Of a stretch of 64,000 nucleotides of DNA, positions 1-10,274 are shown piece by piece. Location of the stretch: the NCBI GenBank assembly GCA_963737265.1, contig CAVTRY010000007.1:462529-526528 (forward strand), in the 5' to 3' direction. How positions within the stretch are numbered: the first letter of the stretch is position 1; each line of letters opens with the position of its first letter. Position numbers and translations under genes: made by a program. This DNA comes from an uncultured delta proteobacterium (lineage in GTDB: Bacteria; Myxococcota_A; Polyangia; Fen-1088). The notes under the pieces are model-generated. The model was given only the letters and a program-made list of their open reading frames with translations, was not told where the DNA came from and made no database searches.

Positions 1-283
1 CCGTGGGTGAGTAGCTGCCGGCGGGCAGTTCGCGCCACAGCCGCCAGGTCGCCGACAGGTAGAGGTCGACCAGGCCGCCCAGCGCGACCCCGCCCTCCGC
101 CGCCTGCTCACCGGACCGGGCGTAGCCGGCCAGTTCCGTGGCGGACAGGCGGCGCCCGCTGCCAAACGCGTCCAGAACCGCGGGCAGGTAGCCGCCGAGG
201 AGCCCGGGTGGCACCCCGCCAGCCTCCCGGCTCGCGGCACGGGTGATCGCAGCCAGGTCCGGCCCGTTGCCACGCGCAGTCAC
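1..283 (-). CDS. PucR/CdaR-like transcriptional regulator, N-terminal part (runs off window)
   Basis: Manual minus-strand translation from GTG 283 is open to the window edge: MTARGNGPDLAAITRAASREAGGVPPGLLGGYLPAVL...GVALGGLVDLYLSATWRLW. It resembles actinobacterial PucR-type N-termini and is divergent from terC. Absent from the ORF track. Confidence 0.6.
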   Translation of the reverse strand, partial: MTARGNGPDLAAITRAASREAGGVPPGLLGGYLPAVLDAFGSGRRLSATELAGYARSGEQAAEGGVALGGLVDLYLSATWRLWRELPAGSYSPT

Positions 284-361
284 TCCAGGCACCGCCTCTC
301 GGCCAGGTACGCCCGCACCAAGGCCTGGCAAGGGCGCCCGGTCTGCATTCTCGTAGGTTTC

Positions 362-386
362 TATCTTGCCGGGAATAGGCAAGATA
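362..386. promoter_or_regulatory. Inverted repeat TATCTTGCC-N7-GGCAAGATA, probable operator
   Basis: Perfect 9-bp arms in the AT-richer divergent intergenic region. Confidence 0.55.
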
Positions 387-740
387 CCGGGGTAATTCTT
401 AGCCGGTGAGTCCCCAAGACCTGGTGCGGTCGGCAAGCAATAGTTAAAGCATCAGCTCGGAACGGCCGGGCCCGGCAGGCGGCGGGAGGTCACCATGACG
501 GTCATCAGTCAGGGAACCCCCGGCGCCGTGTCCGCGCCGCTACGGTCGCCAGCCGGATTGGGCAGTCAACCGGGGCACTGCTCATCCCGGCCGGCCTGGC
601 CGCGCCCGGGCCCGGGCGCCTTGATGGTGCCCGGGCCGGGCTGGCAGACCACGCCGCCCGCGAAGGGCACCCCGAACCGATAGACAACGACAGGCAGGAG
701 CGGGCCGGGACGATAATCCAGTGAGGGCCATCGGGTAGCC

Positions 741-1799
741 ATGGCAACTCTTCACGTCCCTGCCTGGGGCTGGGTGGCGCTTATCGCCGCCCTTGCCGTG
801 TTGCTCGGCGCGGACCTGCTGGCGAGTTCCCGCCGGGACCATCCGGTCAGCATGCCAGAAGCGGCCGGGTGGACGCTGGCCACCGTGGTGCTGGCGGTTT
901 GCTTCGGCGCCATGCTGGCCATCACCTCGGGGAGCACACCCTCGGGGCAGTTCTTCGCCGGCTGGCTGACCGAGTACAGCCTCTCCATGGACAACCTGCT
1001 GGTCTTCGTCATCCTGATCAGCCGGTCCCAGGTGCCAGGCCGGCTCCATGGCCGCGTGGTGCTCGCTGGCATCGGTGTCGCCGTGGTGCTGCGGGGCACC
1101 GTGATCGGGCTCGGCGCGGCGGCACTGCACCGGTTCGGGTGGCTGGAATATCTGTTCGGCCTTTTTCTCCTCTATACGGCGGCCCAGGTGGCGCGGCACC
1201 CTAACAGGGCGTCGCTGCCCACCGGAACCAGCGCGGGTCACGTCGCCGGTGCGTTCCCGCGGCCCGCCCGGTCCACCGCGGACGAGGCCGGGGCACCGGG
1301 CGCCATGGTGGCGGACGCGCCCACCGGGGCGGCGGGCCGCATCGCGGCACGGCTGACCCGGCGCGGTACCGCCGGGGTGCTGACGCTGGTGATCGCGCTC
1401 GGGGTGGCCGACGTCCTCTTTGCGCTCGACTCCATCCCGGCCGTGTTCGGGCTGACCCGGGATCCGTTCCTGGTGTTCAGCGCCAACGTGTTCGCCCTGC
1501 TCGGCCTGCGCCACCTGTACTTCCTGGTGGCCGGGCTGCTCGCACGGCTGGTCTACCTGCAGGCGGGCCTGTGCGTGGTGCTCGCCTTCATCGGCGTCAA
1601 GCTCCTCGGTGAGGCACTGCACGGCTCCGGCGTGACCAGCCTCGGGCCGGTCCCGGTGCCGCGGGTCGGCGCCTGGCTATCGCTGGCGATCATCGTGCTG
1701 GTGCTCGGCGTCACCGCGCTGGCCAGCCTGCTGGCCCCGCCGTGGCAGGCCAGGCGGCGCAAGCGGGCCGACCGCGCGGTCTGCGGCGAGCAGCGCTGA
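741..1799 (+). CDS. TerC/Alx family membrane protein
   Basis: EYSLSMDNLLVF and DVLFALDSIPAVFG motifs; many TM helices. Confidence 0.93.
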   Translation: MATLHVPAWGWVALIAALAVLLGADLLASSRRDHPVSMPEAAGWTLATVVLAVCFGAMLAITSGSTPSGQFFAGWLTEYSLSMDNLLVFVILISRSQVPGRLHGRVVLAGIGVAVVLRGTVIGLGAAALHRFGWLEYLFGLFLLYTAAQVARHPNRASLPTGTSAGHVAGAFPRPARSTADEAGAPGAMVADAPTGAAGRIAARLTRRGTAGVLTLVIALGVADVLFALDSIPAVFGLTRDPFLVFSANVFALLGLRHLYFLVAGLLARLVYLQAGLCVVLAFIGVKLLGEALHGSGVTSLGPVPVPRVGAWLSLAIIVLVLGVTALASLLAPPWQARRRKRADRAVCGEQR

Positions 1800-1863
1800 C
1801 CTGCCGCGAGCTTCCGGCCATGATTCACGACAGCTGGACAGTATCGCGCCCGGACGGCCGGGC

Positions 1864-3564
1864 TCAGGCCGCGAGGGCGCCGCGCAGGTGCGCCACGACG
1901 TCGCCGATCGCGACCTTGACCGTCTCACCGGTGGCGCGCGTGGTGACCTCGACGGTGCCGTCGGCCAGGCCGCGCTTGCCCACGGTCACCCGGTACGGTA
2001 TCCCGGTGATCTCCGCGTCGCGGAACTTCACCCCGGCCCGTTCGGCCCGGTCGTCGAGGATGACCTCGATGCCCGCCGCGGTGAGCTGCTCATACACCGA
2101 CTCCCCCGTCTTCGCGGACTCGGGGTCCTCGGCCTGGGCCACGGTCACGACAACGCTGAACGGTGCCACGGCGACCGGCCAGACGATGCCGCGCTCGTCG
2201 TGGTGGCCCTCGACGATGGCGGCCATCGCCCGCTCCACGCCGATGCCGTAGCAGCCCATGATGGGGTGCACCCGCTCGCCAGCGGCGTCGAGCACGGTAA
2301 TCCCGAACGCCTTGGTGAACTTGTAGCCGAGCTTGAAGATGTGCCCGACCTCGATGGTCGGCACGAGTTCCAGCGGCTCGCCACAGCGGACACATGGCTC
2401 GCCGGTGGCCACCTCCCGCAGGTCGGCCCAGGTGCCGACGCTGACATCGCGGGCGATGTCCACCCCGCGCAGGTGGAAGTCGTCGGTGTTGGCCCCGGTG
2501 ACCATGTCCCTGCGGCCGCGCAGCGCCTCGTCGGCGAGCACCGGGAGGTTCGTCACGCCGACCGCGCCGAGGCTGCCGGGCAGCGCGCCGAGCGCCTCGG
2601 AGATCTCGTCCGGGTGGGCGGGGCGGATCTCCACGGCGGCGGTCGCGTCCGCCAGTTTCTGCTCGTTGAGCGCGTGGTCACCGCGCATCAGCACCAGCGT
2701 GAGCTTGCCGTCGAGCACGTAGACCAGGGTCTTGATCTGCCGGTTCGCAGGCGCGTCGTAACCGGTCACGAGGTCCTCGATGGTGCGCACGCCAGGGGTG
2801 CCGAACCGCTCTGGCGCGGGCAGCCCCGGGCCGTCTTCCACGGGAATCAGCCGGGACGTGGCCTTCTCCACGTTCGCCGCGTAGTTGCAGGCCGGGCAGT
2901 GCGCGATCGTGTCCTCGCCGACCTCGGAGGGAGACATGAACTCGGTCGAATCCTTGCCGCCCATGGCGCCGCTCGACGCCTCCACGGGGATCACCGGGAG
3001 GGAAAGCCGCGCGAAGATGCTCAGGTAGGCGGCGCGATGCCGGTCGAAGGAGAGATCAAGCCCGGCGGGCTCCAGGTCGAAGCTGTAGGAGTCCTTCATG
3101 GTGAACTCCCGCACCCGGAGCAGCCCGGCCCGGGGCCGCGCCTCGTCCCGGAACTTGGTCTGGAACTGGTACCAGGCCTGCGGCAGCTGCTTGTGCGAGT
3201 TCAGCTCCTGGGCGAGCAGGGTGAAAATCTCCTCGTTCGTCACCGCCAGCACGTTCTGGCCGCCCTTGTGGTCGGTGAGCGCGAACATCACGTCGGCCAT
3301 CGTCTCGGTGCGGCCGCTGCGCTCCCAGACTTCCTTCGGGTGCATGGTGGGCACCAGGAGTTCCTGGGCGCCGATCCGGTTCATCTCCTGCCGGATGATC
3401 TCGATGACCTTGGTCCGCACCCGGACGGCGAGCGGCAGCAGTGAGTAGTGGCCCGCATGGAGCTGCCGGATGTACCCCGCGCGGACCAGCAGCCGGTGGC
3501 TCGGCGTCCCGGCGTCCGCCGGGTCGTCCCGCAGGGTCGGGATGTGCATCTGTGACCAGCGCAT
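1864..3564 (-). CDS. proS: Proline--tRNA ligase (bacterial type with editing insertion)
   Basis: MRWSQ..PTLRDDPADA..SHRLLVRAGYI, KFRDEARPRAGLLRVREFTMKDSYSF, IEVGHIFKLG, MGCYGIGVER; start moved to ATG 3564. Confidence 0.97.
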   Translation of the reverse strand: MRWSQMHIPTLRDDPADAGTPSHRLLVRAGYIRQLHAGHYSLLPLAVRVRTKVIEIIRQEMNRIGAQELLVPTMHPKEVWERSGRTETMADVMFALTDHKGGQNVLAVTNEEIFTLLAQELNSHKQLPQAWYQFQTKFRDEARPRAGLLRVREFTMKDSYSFDLEPAGLDLSFDRHRAAYLSIFARLSLPVIPVEASSGAMGGKDSTEFMSPSEVGEDTIAHCPACNYAANVEKATSRLIPVEDGPGLPAPERFGTPGVRTIEDLVTGYDAPANRQIKTLVYVLDGKLTLVLMRGDHALNEQKLADATAAVEIRPAHPDEISEALGALPGSLGAVGVTNLPVLADEALRGRRDMVTGANTDDFHLRGVDIARDVSVGTWADLREVATGEPCVRCGEPLELVPTIEVGHIFKLGYKFTKAFGITVLDAAGERVHPIMGCYGIGVERAMAAIVEGHHDERGIVWPVAVAPFSVVVTVAQAEDPESAKTGESVYEQLTAAGIEVILDDRAERAGVKFRDAEITGIPYRVTVGKRGLADGTVEVTTRATGETVKVAIGDVVAHLRGALAA

Positions 3565-3635
3565 GATGCGGGCTTCCTCGTCGTGAGGTCTGGACTCCCC
3601 CGCCGCAGGTGACCCGGCGGGGACGGAAACCGAGC

Positions 3636-5176
3636 TTAGTGGCCCTGCGCCGGGGCCTCGACACGGTTTCCCGGTTCGAGCGGCGGCGCGCCGATCGGGA
3701 GGCAGGTCAGGCACTCCGGCTGGGCCACCGGGTGCTCCGGCTCGGGGCGCAGCACGTCGTTGTCGATCGTCAGCGCGGACAGCACCGCGCCCACCGCAAG
3801 CAGGCCCGCGCAGATGACCATGGCCATCCGGAACGCGGGGGTCATCAGGGCCGGAACCCGGTAGGCCGCGCCGGTCAGGCCCACGGCCAGCGGGAGCCCG
3901 GCCACGGCAAGCAGGCCCGCGGCCCGGGCCACCGCGTTGTTGACTCCGCTGGCCACTCCGGCATGGCGCACGTCGGCGCTGGCCAGCACGGTGGCCGTCA
4001 GCGGGGCAACGGTCGCGGACAGGCCGAGCCCGAACAACACGACGGTGGGGAACACATCCGTGAGGTAATTAGCGTTACGTCCAATTCTGACCGCCAGGAG
4101 CAGGCCCGCAGCGCACAGCAGACAGCCACCGGTCATCAGCCAGCGCGGGCCGATGCGCTGCGCCAGCGCGCCCGCCCGGGACGACAGCACCAGCATGAGC
4201 AATGTCAGCGGGAGCAGCGAGACGCCCGCGGCCAGCGGCGAGTAGCCGGAGACCACCTGGAGCTGCAGCACCAGCAGGAAGATGGTGCCGCCGAGGGCGC
4301 CGTAGATCACGAAGGTCACCACGTTGACCGCGGTGAACTGGCGCGAGGCGAACACCTCCAGCGGGAGCATCGGGCGCTACGCCATTCCCGGCACGGCCGC
4401 GATGCCGTTCCAGCAGCACGAAGCCGAGGCCAGCGAGAATCCCTGCGCCCGCCGGTCAGCGCCGCCCGGGCCAGGCCGTGCGCGGGTGCCTCGATGAGCG
4501 CGTCGGTGATCCCGGCCAGGGCGAGCGCGGCGAGTATCGCGCCGGCCCAGTCGAACCGGCCGTGGCTGGTGGGGTCCCTGGTCTCCGGCACATGGCGCAC
4601 CGCGACGGCCATTACCACGGCGGCCAGCGGCAGGTTGAGCAGGAAGATCCACCGCCAGCCGACCGAGCCGATGATCCAGCCGCCGAGGAACGGGCCGACC
4701 GCGCCGGCCACGCCGCCCAGGCCGGACCAGGCGCCGATGGCCTTGGGCCGGTCGTTGGGCGCGAACGAGGCCTGGATGATCGCCAGCGATCCGGGGGCGA
4801 GCAGCGCGCCGCCCATGCCCTGCAGCGCCCGCGCGCCGATGAGCACGCCGATGCCGGGGGCCAGGCCGCACAGCGCCGAGGCCAGGGCGAACCAGACCAC
4901 TCCGATCACGAAGATCCGGCGGCGGCCGAGCCGGTCGCCGAGCGCGCCGCCGAGCAGGATCAGCCCGGCCAGGGTGAGCGTGTAGGCGGTGACCGTCCAC
5001 TGCAGCCCGGCCAGCGAGGTGTGCAGGCTCTTGCCGATGGTGGGCAGCGCCACGTTGACAACGGTGCCGTCGAGCATCGCCATACTCGACCCGAGCACGG
5101 TGGCCGCGAGCACCCACCGCCCCCGCGTGCTGGCCAGGCGGATGGCACCCGGCCCTGGGGATACCGCTGCGACCAC
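3636..5176 (-). CDS. DHA2-type MFS transporter (two frameshifts near 4370-4450)
   Basis: LGSSMAMLDGTVVNVALP and GDRLGRRR in ORF 4316..5800; C-terminal half in ORF 3636..4370; bridging frame reads GILAGLGFVLLERHRG. Confidence 0.88.
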
Positions 5177-5311
5177 GCCCCCGATCCTCTCACCGCGACT
5201 GGGGGTTGCCCAGCCCGCGCACGGGGGCGGGCCCAGGGCCGCCGGCATCTCTTGTACCGTGCCATTGCAGGCACCGGCGGCCGGGCACGGTGCCCCGGTG
5301 GAGGGAAGCGC

Positions 5312-5809
5312 GTGCGGTACATGCTGCGGCAGCGGATGTTCTCGATCGGCGACGACTTCTGGATCACCGACGAACGGGGAGACCGCGCGTTCCTGGTCGA
5401 CGGCAAGGCGCTGAGCATCCGCCAGACCCTGGAGATCAAGGACAGCTCGGGAGCCGTGGTCGCCAGCGTGCACAAGAAGCTGATGGCGCTGCGGGACGCG
5501 CTGGAGATCGAGCGGGATGGCCAGGTCATCGCCACCGTGCGGCGGGAGATGTTCTCGCCGCTGCACCACAATTCCGCCATCGACCTGGCCGACGGGCGCA
5601 CATTGGCGGCGGTGGGGAACCTCACCGGGCGCGAGTTCGACATCAGGGACGGCGGTCACACGGTGGCCCGGGTGTCCCGGGCCTGGTTCACCATGCGCGA
5701 CACCTACGGCGTGGACGTGGCGCCCGGCGGGGACGACGCGTTGCTGCTGGCCGCTGCCGTGTGCCTGGACCGGATCCACCACGAGGAGGACGAGCGGCAC
5801 CCAGGCTGA
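5312..5809 (+). CDS. LURP-one-related/scramblase family protein
   Basis: MRYMLRQRMFSIGDDFWI...VDGKAL...AWFTMRDTYGVDV at the end of ORF 4478..5809. Confidence 0.85.
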   Translation: MRYMLRQRMFSIGDDFWITDERGDRAFLVDGKALSIRQTLEIKDSSGAVVASVHKKLMALRDALEIERDGQVIATVRREMFSPLHHNSAIDLADGRTLAAVGNLTGREFDIRDGGHTVARVSRAWFTMRDTYGVDVAPGGDDALLLAAAVCLDRIHHEEDERHPG

Positions 5810-5845
5810 CGCCGCGGGCTCCGGCCCGGCCCGGTGCCCAGCACG

Positions 5846-6901
5846 TCACGGCACCGGCTTGCCGCCCCGCCACTTCGATGAGCCAGGACCGTAGGCGAGC
5901 ACGATCCAGACCGGGCCGCGGGCGAACGTCATCGGCTTGCCCGAGGCCGTGGTGAACGTGGTGCCGCCGGTTGCGGCAGGGCGGGACCACCGCGCCTGGA
6001 AGGCCTGGCCGTTGCGCAGCACCGTTGCGCTGCCCGAACCGACGGTTTCCGCGTCCGGCGGCATCATCGGGCCCTGTTCGAGGAATCGGGACAGGCCCAC
6101 GACAACACGCTGGATGACGACCGTGGGCGCGGAAAGCTGCCCGGCGCCGGTGCTGCTGGCCGGGGAGCCGTCCATCCAGATCAGCCAGCGGTCCCTGGCG
6201 GGTGACCACCGGAACCGGAACGATGCGGCCGGGTAGGACACCGACTCCGCCTTGCGGGGATGGCCGCCGGCCGGGGGCGGGCCGAACCGGAATCCGATGT
6301 TGCGGGCCAGGCTGGCGTGCGGCGCCTGTTTCAGCAGCGTCCGGGTGTCGGCGTAGAGGTTGTACGGCTCGACCCGGTCGACGGTCCGGAAGTAGCCACT
6401 GGCGGTCGCCGCGTACAGGTCCACGATCCTGGAGTGCTCGACCACCGGCACGAGCTGGGGCTGCGCCCCGGACCAGGCGAACGCCGGGCGGCCGAACTGG
6501 CGCAGCAGTTGCAGGTCGTCCTGCCGGGCGCTGCGAACCGGGCCGATCACCCGCGGGTAGTGCGACGAGAAGACCGCCATGATCCGGCTCAGGCCGCCCT
6601 CGACGGGGATCAGGTACACGATGTCGGCCCTGGCCAGCCCGGTGGCCGGCCGCTCCGGGACGGTGTTCCCGATCTTAACGATGAGCACCCGCTTGAGCTG
6701 GTGCGCCGGTTCACCGGTGAACGGGGACAGCAGCGGGCCCGGGGGCGGCGACGGCGTATGCACCGGGACCGGTTTCGGCGCCGACGCCAGCTTGCCTGCC
6801 GTGTCGTGGCGCATGGCGAAGGCGATGCCGCCCGCTGCCAGCGCCACCACGACGACAGCCGCCACCGCGGTGAGCGCAACGCTCCGCCGATCCCAGACCA
6901 T
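5846..6901 (-). CDS. DUF3048 (YerB-like) exported protein
   Basis: N-terminal TM; VKIGN..RPATGLARADIVY..VEGGLSR and GPVRSAR motifs. Confidence 0.85.
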   Translation of the reverse strand: MVWDRRSVALTAVAAVVVVALAAGGIAFAMRHDTAGKLASAPKPVPVHTPSPPPGPLLSPFTGEPAHQLKRVLIVKIGNTVPERPATGLARADIVYLIPVEGGLSRIMAVFSSHYPRVIGPVRSARQDDLQLLRQFGRPAFAWSGAQPQLVPVVEHSRIVDLYAATASGYFRTVDRVEPYNLYADTRTLLKQAPHASLARNIGFRFGPPPAGGHPRKAESVSYPAASFRFRWSPARDRWLIWMDGSPASSTGAGQLSAPTVVIQRVVVGLSRFLEQGPMMPPDAETVGSGSATVLRNGQAFQARWSRPAATGGTTFTTASGKPMTFARGPVWIVLAYGPGSSKWRGGKPVP

Positions 6902-6974
6902 CTGTGCACCCCTCAGGGATTGTTCCCCAACGGCCCCATTTCATGATCGCGAGGATGGCCCGGGATGGTAAAGC

Positions 6975-9900
6975 TCAGCACACGCTGGGCACCGCCGGTC
7001 CAGGCGCGACGCCCAGCCTGGACCGGACCTCGTCGGCGCCGAGGTCGTGCAGGTCTTCCAGTATCGCCAGGGCCCGCCGCCACACGGCCTTGGCCATCGC
7101 CTTGTTCCCGACCGCGCTGTAGATGTCCCCGAGACGGGCCAGGACCCCGCCCTGCTCGGCCCGGTCCCTGACCTCCCGCAGCAGCTTCAGCGCACGGCGG
7201 TAGCAGGCGATGGCCTCGGCGTCGTCGCCGACCAGGTGCATGGCGTAGCCCAGATGATCCCAGGCATGGGCCTCACCGACCAGGTTGCCGACCTCGCGGT
7301 GCAGGTCCAGCGCCCGGCGGCAGTGGGCGGCCGCCGCCTGGCCGGAACCGAGCATCGCAAGGTGCCAGCCCAGGTTCTCCAGCGCATGCGCCTCGCCCGC
7401 CCGGTACCCGAGGTCCTGGTAGAGGCTGAGCGCCCGCTCCGCCTGCCGCCGTGCCTTGTCGTGGCGGCCCTGCCGGTCGAACAGCACCCCGACGGTGAGG
7501 TGGTTGCGCGCCTGCCAGGCGGTCGCACCGGCCTCGCCGAACAGCGAACTGGCCCGGAGCAGGTGCGAGCGCGCGGTGCCGTAACAGCCCACCCGCAGGT
7601 TGGCGACGCCGAGGCTAGCGTGGGCATGCGCCTGGCCCAGCCCATCGTCGGCCCGCTCGGCGGCGGCCAGTGCCGCCCGCCCGAGGGCGGCCAGGTCGTG
7701 CCAGTGACCCTCCCGGTTGAGGTAGTCGGTCAGCAAGGCGGGCAACTGCCAGGCGCACGCGTCGTCGCCGGCGGCCGCAGCGGCGTCGGCGACCGCGAGC
7801 AGCACCTGGTGTTCCGCGCTGAACCAGCTCAGCGCCTCGGCGTAGCTAGCGAACTTCTCCGGCACCGCGCCTGGCTGCGCGGCGCCCAGGGTGACCGCCG
7901 GGCGGGCCGGGCAGAGCCGGCGCCCGGCGGCCGCGGCGGTATGCAGATAGTGGTCGCCGAGCCGGCGCCTTGCCAGCTCGCGCCCGGCCTTGTCCTCGCC
8001 CTCGGCGGCCAGTTCGGCGGCGTAGGCGCGAAGCAGGTCGTGGCCGGTGAACCTGCCGGGCACGTGCTCGGTCAGCAGGTGCGCGTCGGTCAGCTCGGCC
8101 AGTGCCCGGCGTGTCTGCGTGCGGCCGGTGCCGCCCAGGCTCGCCGCCGCGGCAACGGTGATGTCCGGGCCGGGATGCAGGCCGAGCAGCCGGAACATCC
8201 GTGCCGCTGGCAGGCTGAGCTGCCGGTAGGACCAGGAGAACACCTCGCGCACGCTGCTGGTGGTGTCCGCGGTCTCCAGCGCGTCCAGGCGCCCGTCCCC
8301 GCCGCCAAGCTCCGCGGACAGAGCGGCCAGCCGGAAACCGGGGCGGGCGGCGGCACGGGCGGCGGCGATCGCCAGGCCGAGCGGCAGGCCCGCGCACAGC
8401 CTGGCGAGGTCCGCCACCGCCTCGGGCTCTGCCTGGGCCCTGGCGGCACCGAGCCGGCGGACGATCAGCTCGCGGGATTCCGCCTCGGACATCACGTCCA
8501 GGGTGAGGATCCGCGCGCCGACCGTGGCGACCAGGCCGTCGAGGCGGGCCCGGCTGGTGATCAGCACGGCACACCGGCCGCTGCCGGGCAGCAGCGGCCG
8601 GACCTGGTCGGCGTCCCTGGCGTTGTCCAGCACGACCAGCACCCGCTTGCCGGCCAGGACGCTGCGGTACAGCGCCGCTTGCGCGTCGGGCGATTCCGGG
8701 ATCTCAGCAGATGGCACGCCCAGAGCCTGCAGGAAGCCGCGGATCGCCTGCTCTGGCAGGACGGGCCGGGCGGCCGGGCCGAAGCCCTTGAGGTTGACGT
8801 AGAGCTGCCCGTCGGGGAAGTGCCCGGCAGCGCGGTGCGCCCAGACGGTCGCCAGTACGCTCTTCCCGACCCCGGGTGACCCGACGACCGCCCGGACCTG
8901 TGCCTCGCCGCCGGGCCCGGCGGTCTGGCCGGTCAGCTCGTCGAGCCTGGCCAGTTCGGCGGCCCGGTCGATGAACTGCGCAGGTGTCGCGGGAAGCTGG
9001 CGGGGCACCAGCCACGGCCGCACCGGCAGCAGCGGGAAGGTGCCCGTGTGCTCCTGCCCGTCGGCCGGCCGGGGCTGGCCGTCAGCCGGCCGGGGCTGGC
9101 CGTTGGCCGGCCCGGGCCGCTGGCCGTTCCCCGGCCCGGCCTGGTGACGGTTCGCCGGCACGGGTGCACCGCCGTCGGCCGCGGCGGCCTGGTGGCCGCC
9201 CACCGCGGCGTACGCCCGGCTGCTGGCCGGTGCGGGCTGCTGGCCGCCGGGTGGTGCGGGCTGCTGGCCGCCCGCCTGCCCGGCACCGGGGAGCGGCCCG
9301 GCCAGGCCGACGTCACCGGCGAGGATGCGCTGATGCAGGAGCTGGAGCTCGGCCCCGGGCTCGACGCCCAGTTCGGCCACGAGACGGCCGCGGATCTGCC
9401 GGAACACGGCGAGCGCCTCGGCGCGCTGGCCCGACCGGTACCAGGTAGCCATCAGCATCCCGGCCAGGCGTTCGTTCAGCGGGTGGCGGGCCAGCGCCGC
9501 GGGCAGCTCAGCGGCCGCCTCCCGTTCCCGGCCGCAGCCGAGCATGCAGGCCAGGCGGTCCTGCAGCATGGAGAGGCGTTCCTCGGCGAGCCCGTGCCGG
9601 ATCGCCGTGACCCGCTCGGTGTCCGGTGCGTCGGCCAGCGCCGGGCCGTTCCAGAGCGCCAGCGCGGCATCGAAGAGCGGGATGGCCGCGGCCCCGTCCG
9701 CCGCACGGGCTGCGCGGCCCAGCGACCGGGAACGCTCCGCGTCGACCAGGTCCTGGTCGAATTCGAGCAGGTACCCGTCTCCGCAGCGGGTCAGCGAAGC
9801 ACCGGGAAGCGGCTTGAGCAGCTGCCGCAGCCGGGTCATCAGGGCCTGCAGGCTGGCCCGCGCCGACCGGGGCGGCTCGGCCTCCCAGATGGCGTCAATC

Positions 9901-10064
9901 AGTTCGGCGACCGGCACGACCTGACCGATCCGCAGCGCCATCAGGCCCAGGACAAGGCGCAGTTGCGGGCTCGCTGGCACCTGCCAGCTGTCAGCGGCCC
10001 GGAGCCTTACCGGCCCGAGCACCCGCACCACGATGTCGCGCCCCACAAGCCGCCTCCACGGCAC
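6975..10064 (-). CDS. AfsR/SARP family regulator (HTH-BTAD, NB-ARC, TPR)
   Basis: VLGPVRL, BTAD (HPLNERLAGMLM..ELGVEPG), P-loop GSPGVGKS, LVVLDNA, GLPLGL, C-terminal TPRs. Confidence 0.93.
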   Translation of the reverse strand: MPWRRLVGRDIVVRVLGPVRLRAADSWQVPASPQLRLVLGLMALRIGQVVPVAELIDAIWEAEPPRSARASLQALMTRLRQLLKPLPGASLTRCGDGYLLEFDQDLVDAERSRSLGRAARAADGAAAIPLFDAALALWNGPALADAPDTERVTAIRHGLAEERLSMLQDRLACMLGCGREREAAAELPAALARHPLNERLAGMLMATWYRSGQRAEALAVFRQIRGRLVAELGVEPGAELQLLHQRILAGDVGLAGPLPGAGQAGGQQPAPPGGQQPAPASSRAYAAVGGHQAAAADGGAPVPANRHQAGPGNGQRPGPANGQPRPADGQPRPADGQEHTGTFPLLPVRPWLVPRQLPATPAQFIDRAAELARLDELTGQTAGPGGEAQVRAVVGSPGVGKSVLATVWAHRAAGHFPDGQLYVNLKGFGPAARPVLPEQAIRGFLQALGVPSAEIPESPDAQAALYRSVLAGKRVLVVLDNARDADQVRPLLPGSGRCAVLITSRARLDGLVATVGARILTLDVMSEAESRELIVRRLGAARAQAEPEAVADLARLCAGLPLGLAIAAARAAARPGFRLAALSAELGGGDGRLDALETADTTSSVREVFSWSYRQLSLPAARMFRLLGLHPGPDITVAAAASLGGTGRTQTRRALAELTDAHLLTEHVPGRFTGHDLLRAYAAELAAEGEDKAGRELARRRLGDHYLHTAAAAGRRLCPARPAVTLGAAQPGAVPEKFASYAEALSWFSAEHQVLLAVADAAAAAGDDACAWQLPALLTDYLNREGHWHDLAALGRAALAAAERADDGLGQAHAHASLGVANLRVGCYGTARSHLLRASSLFGEAGATAWQARNHLTVGVLFDRQGRHDKARRQAERALSLYQDLGYRAGEAHALENLGWHLAMLGSGQAAAAHCRRALDLHREVGNLVGEAHAWDHLGYAMHLVGDDAEAIACYRRALKLLREVRDRAEQGGVLARLGDIYSAVGNKAMAKAVWRRALAILEDLHDLGADEVRSRLGVAPGPAVPSVC

Positions 10065-10190
10065 GCCGCTCGCGTGTCAAGGTCATCTCATTCCCGATGC
10101 TAGGCGGTAGCTTTCCGGCATTTCATAACAAAAGCGACACCACCGGGCGAGCCGGCCTCTAACCGAAAGTCACTCGTCACGCTCCTGTGA

Positions 10191-10266
10191 CATGCCAGCG
10201 CCAAGCGCGGCATCATGCCAGCGCCAAGCGCCCGCCAAGCGGGCCGCAAGGGCGGGCAGGCAGATT
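10191..10266 (+). promoter_or_regulatory. Direct repeats with 11-bp periodicity, candidate SARP-binding site
   Basis: CATGCCAGCGCCAAGCG twice; CCAAGCG at 10224 and 10235, GCAAGGG at 10246; CAGATT (-10-like) at 10261, just before ATG 10275. Confidence 0.5.
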
Positions 10267-10274
10267 GGCCAGCT

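Noticed and set aside
1-740. yybP-ykoY Mn riboswitch upstream of terC
   Set aside because: GAGTAGC near position 10 lies inside the minus-strand regulator CDS, and the other conserved riboswitch elements are not recognisable.
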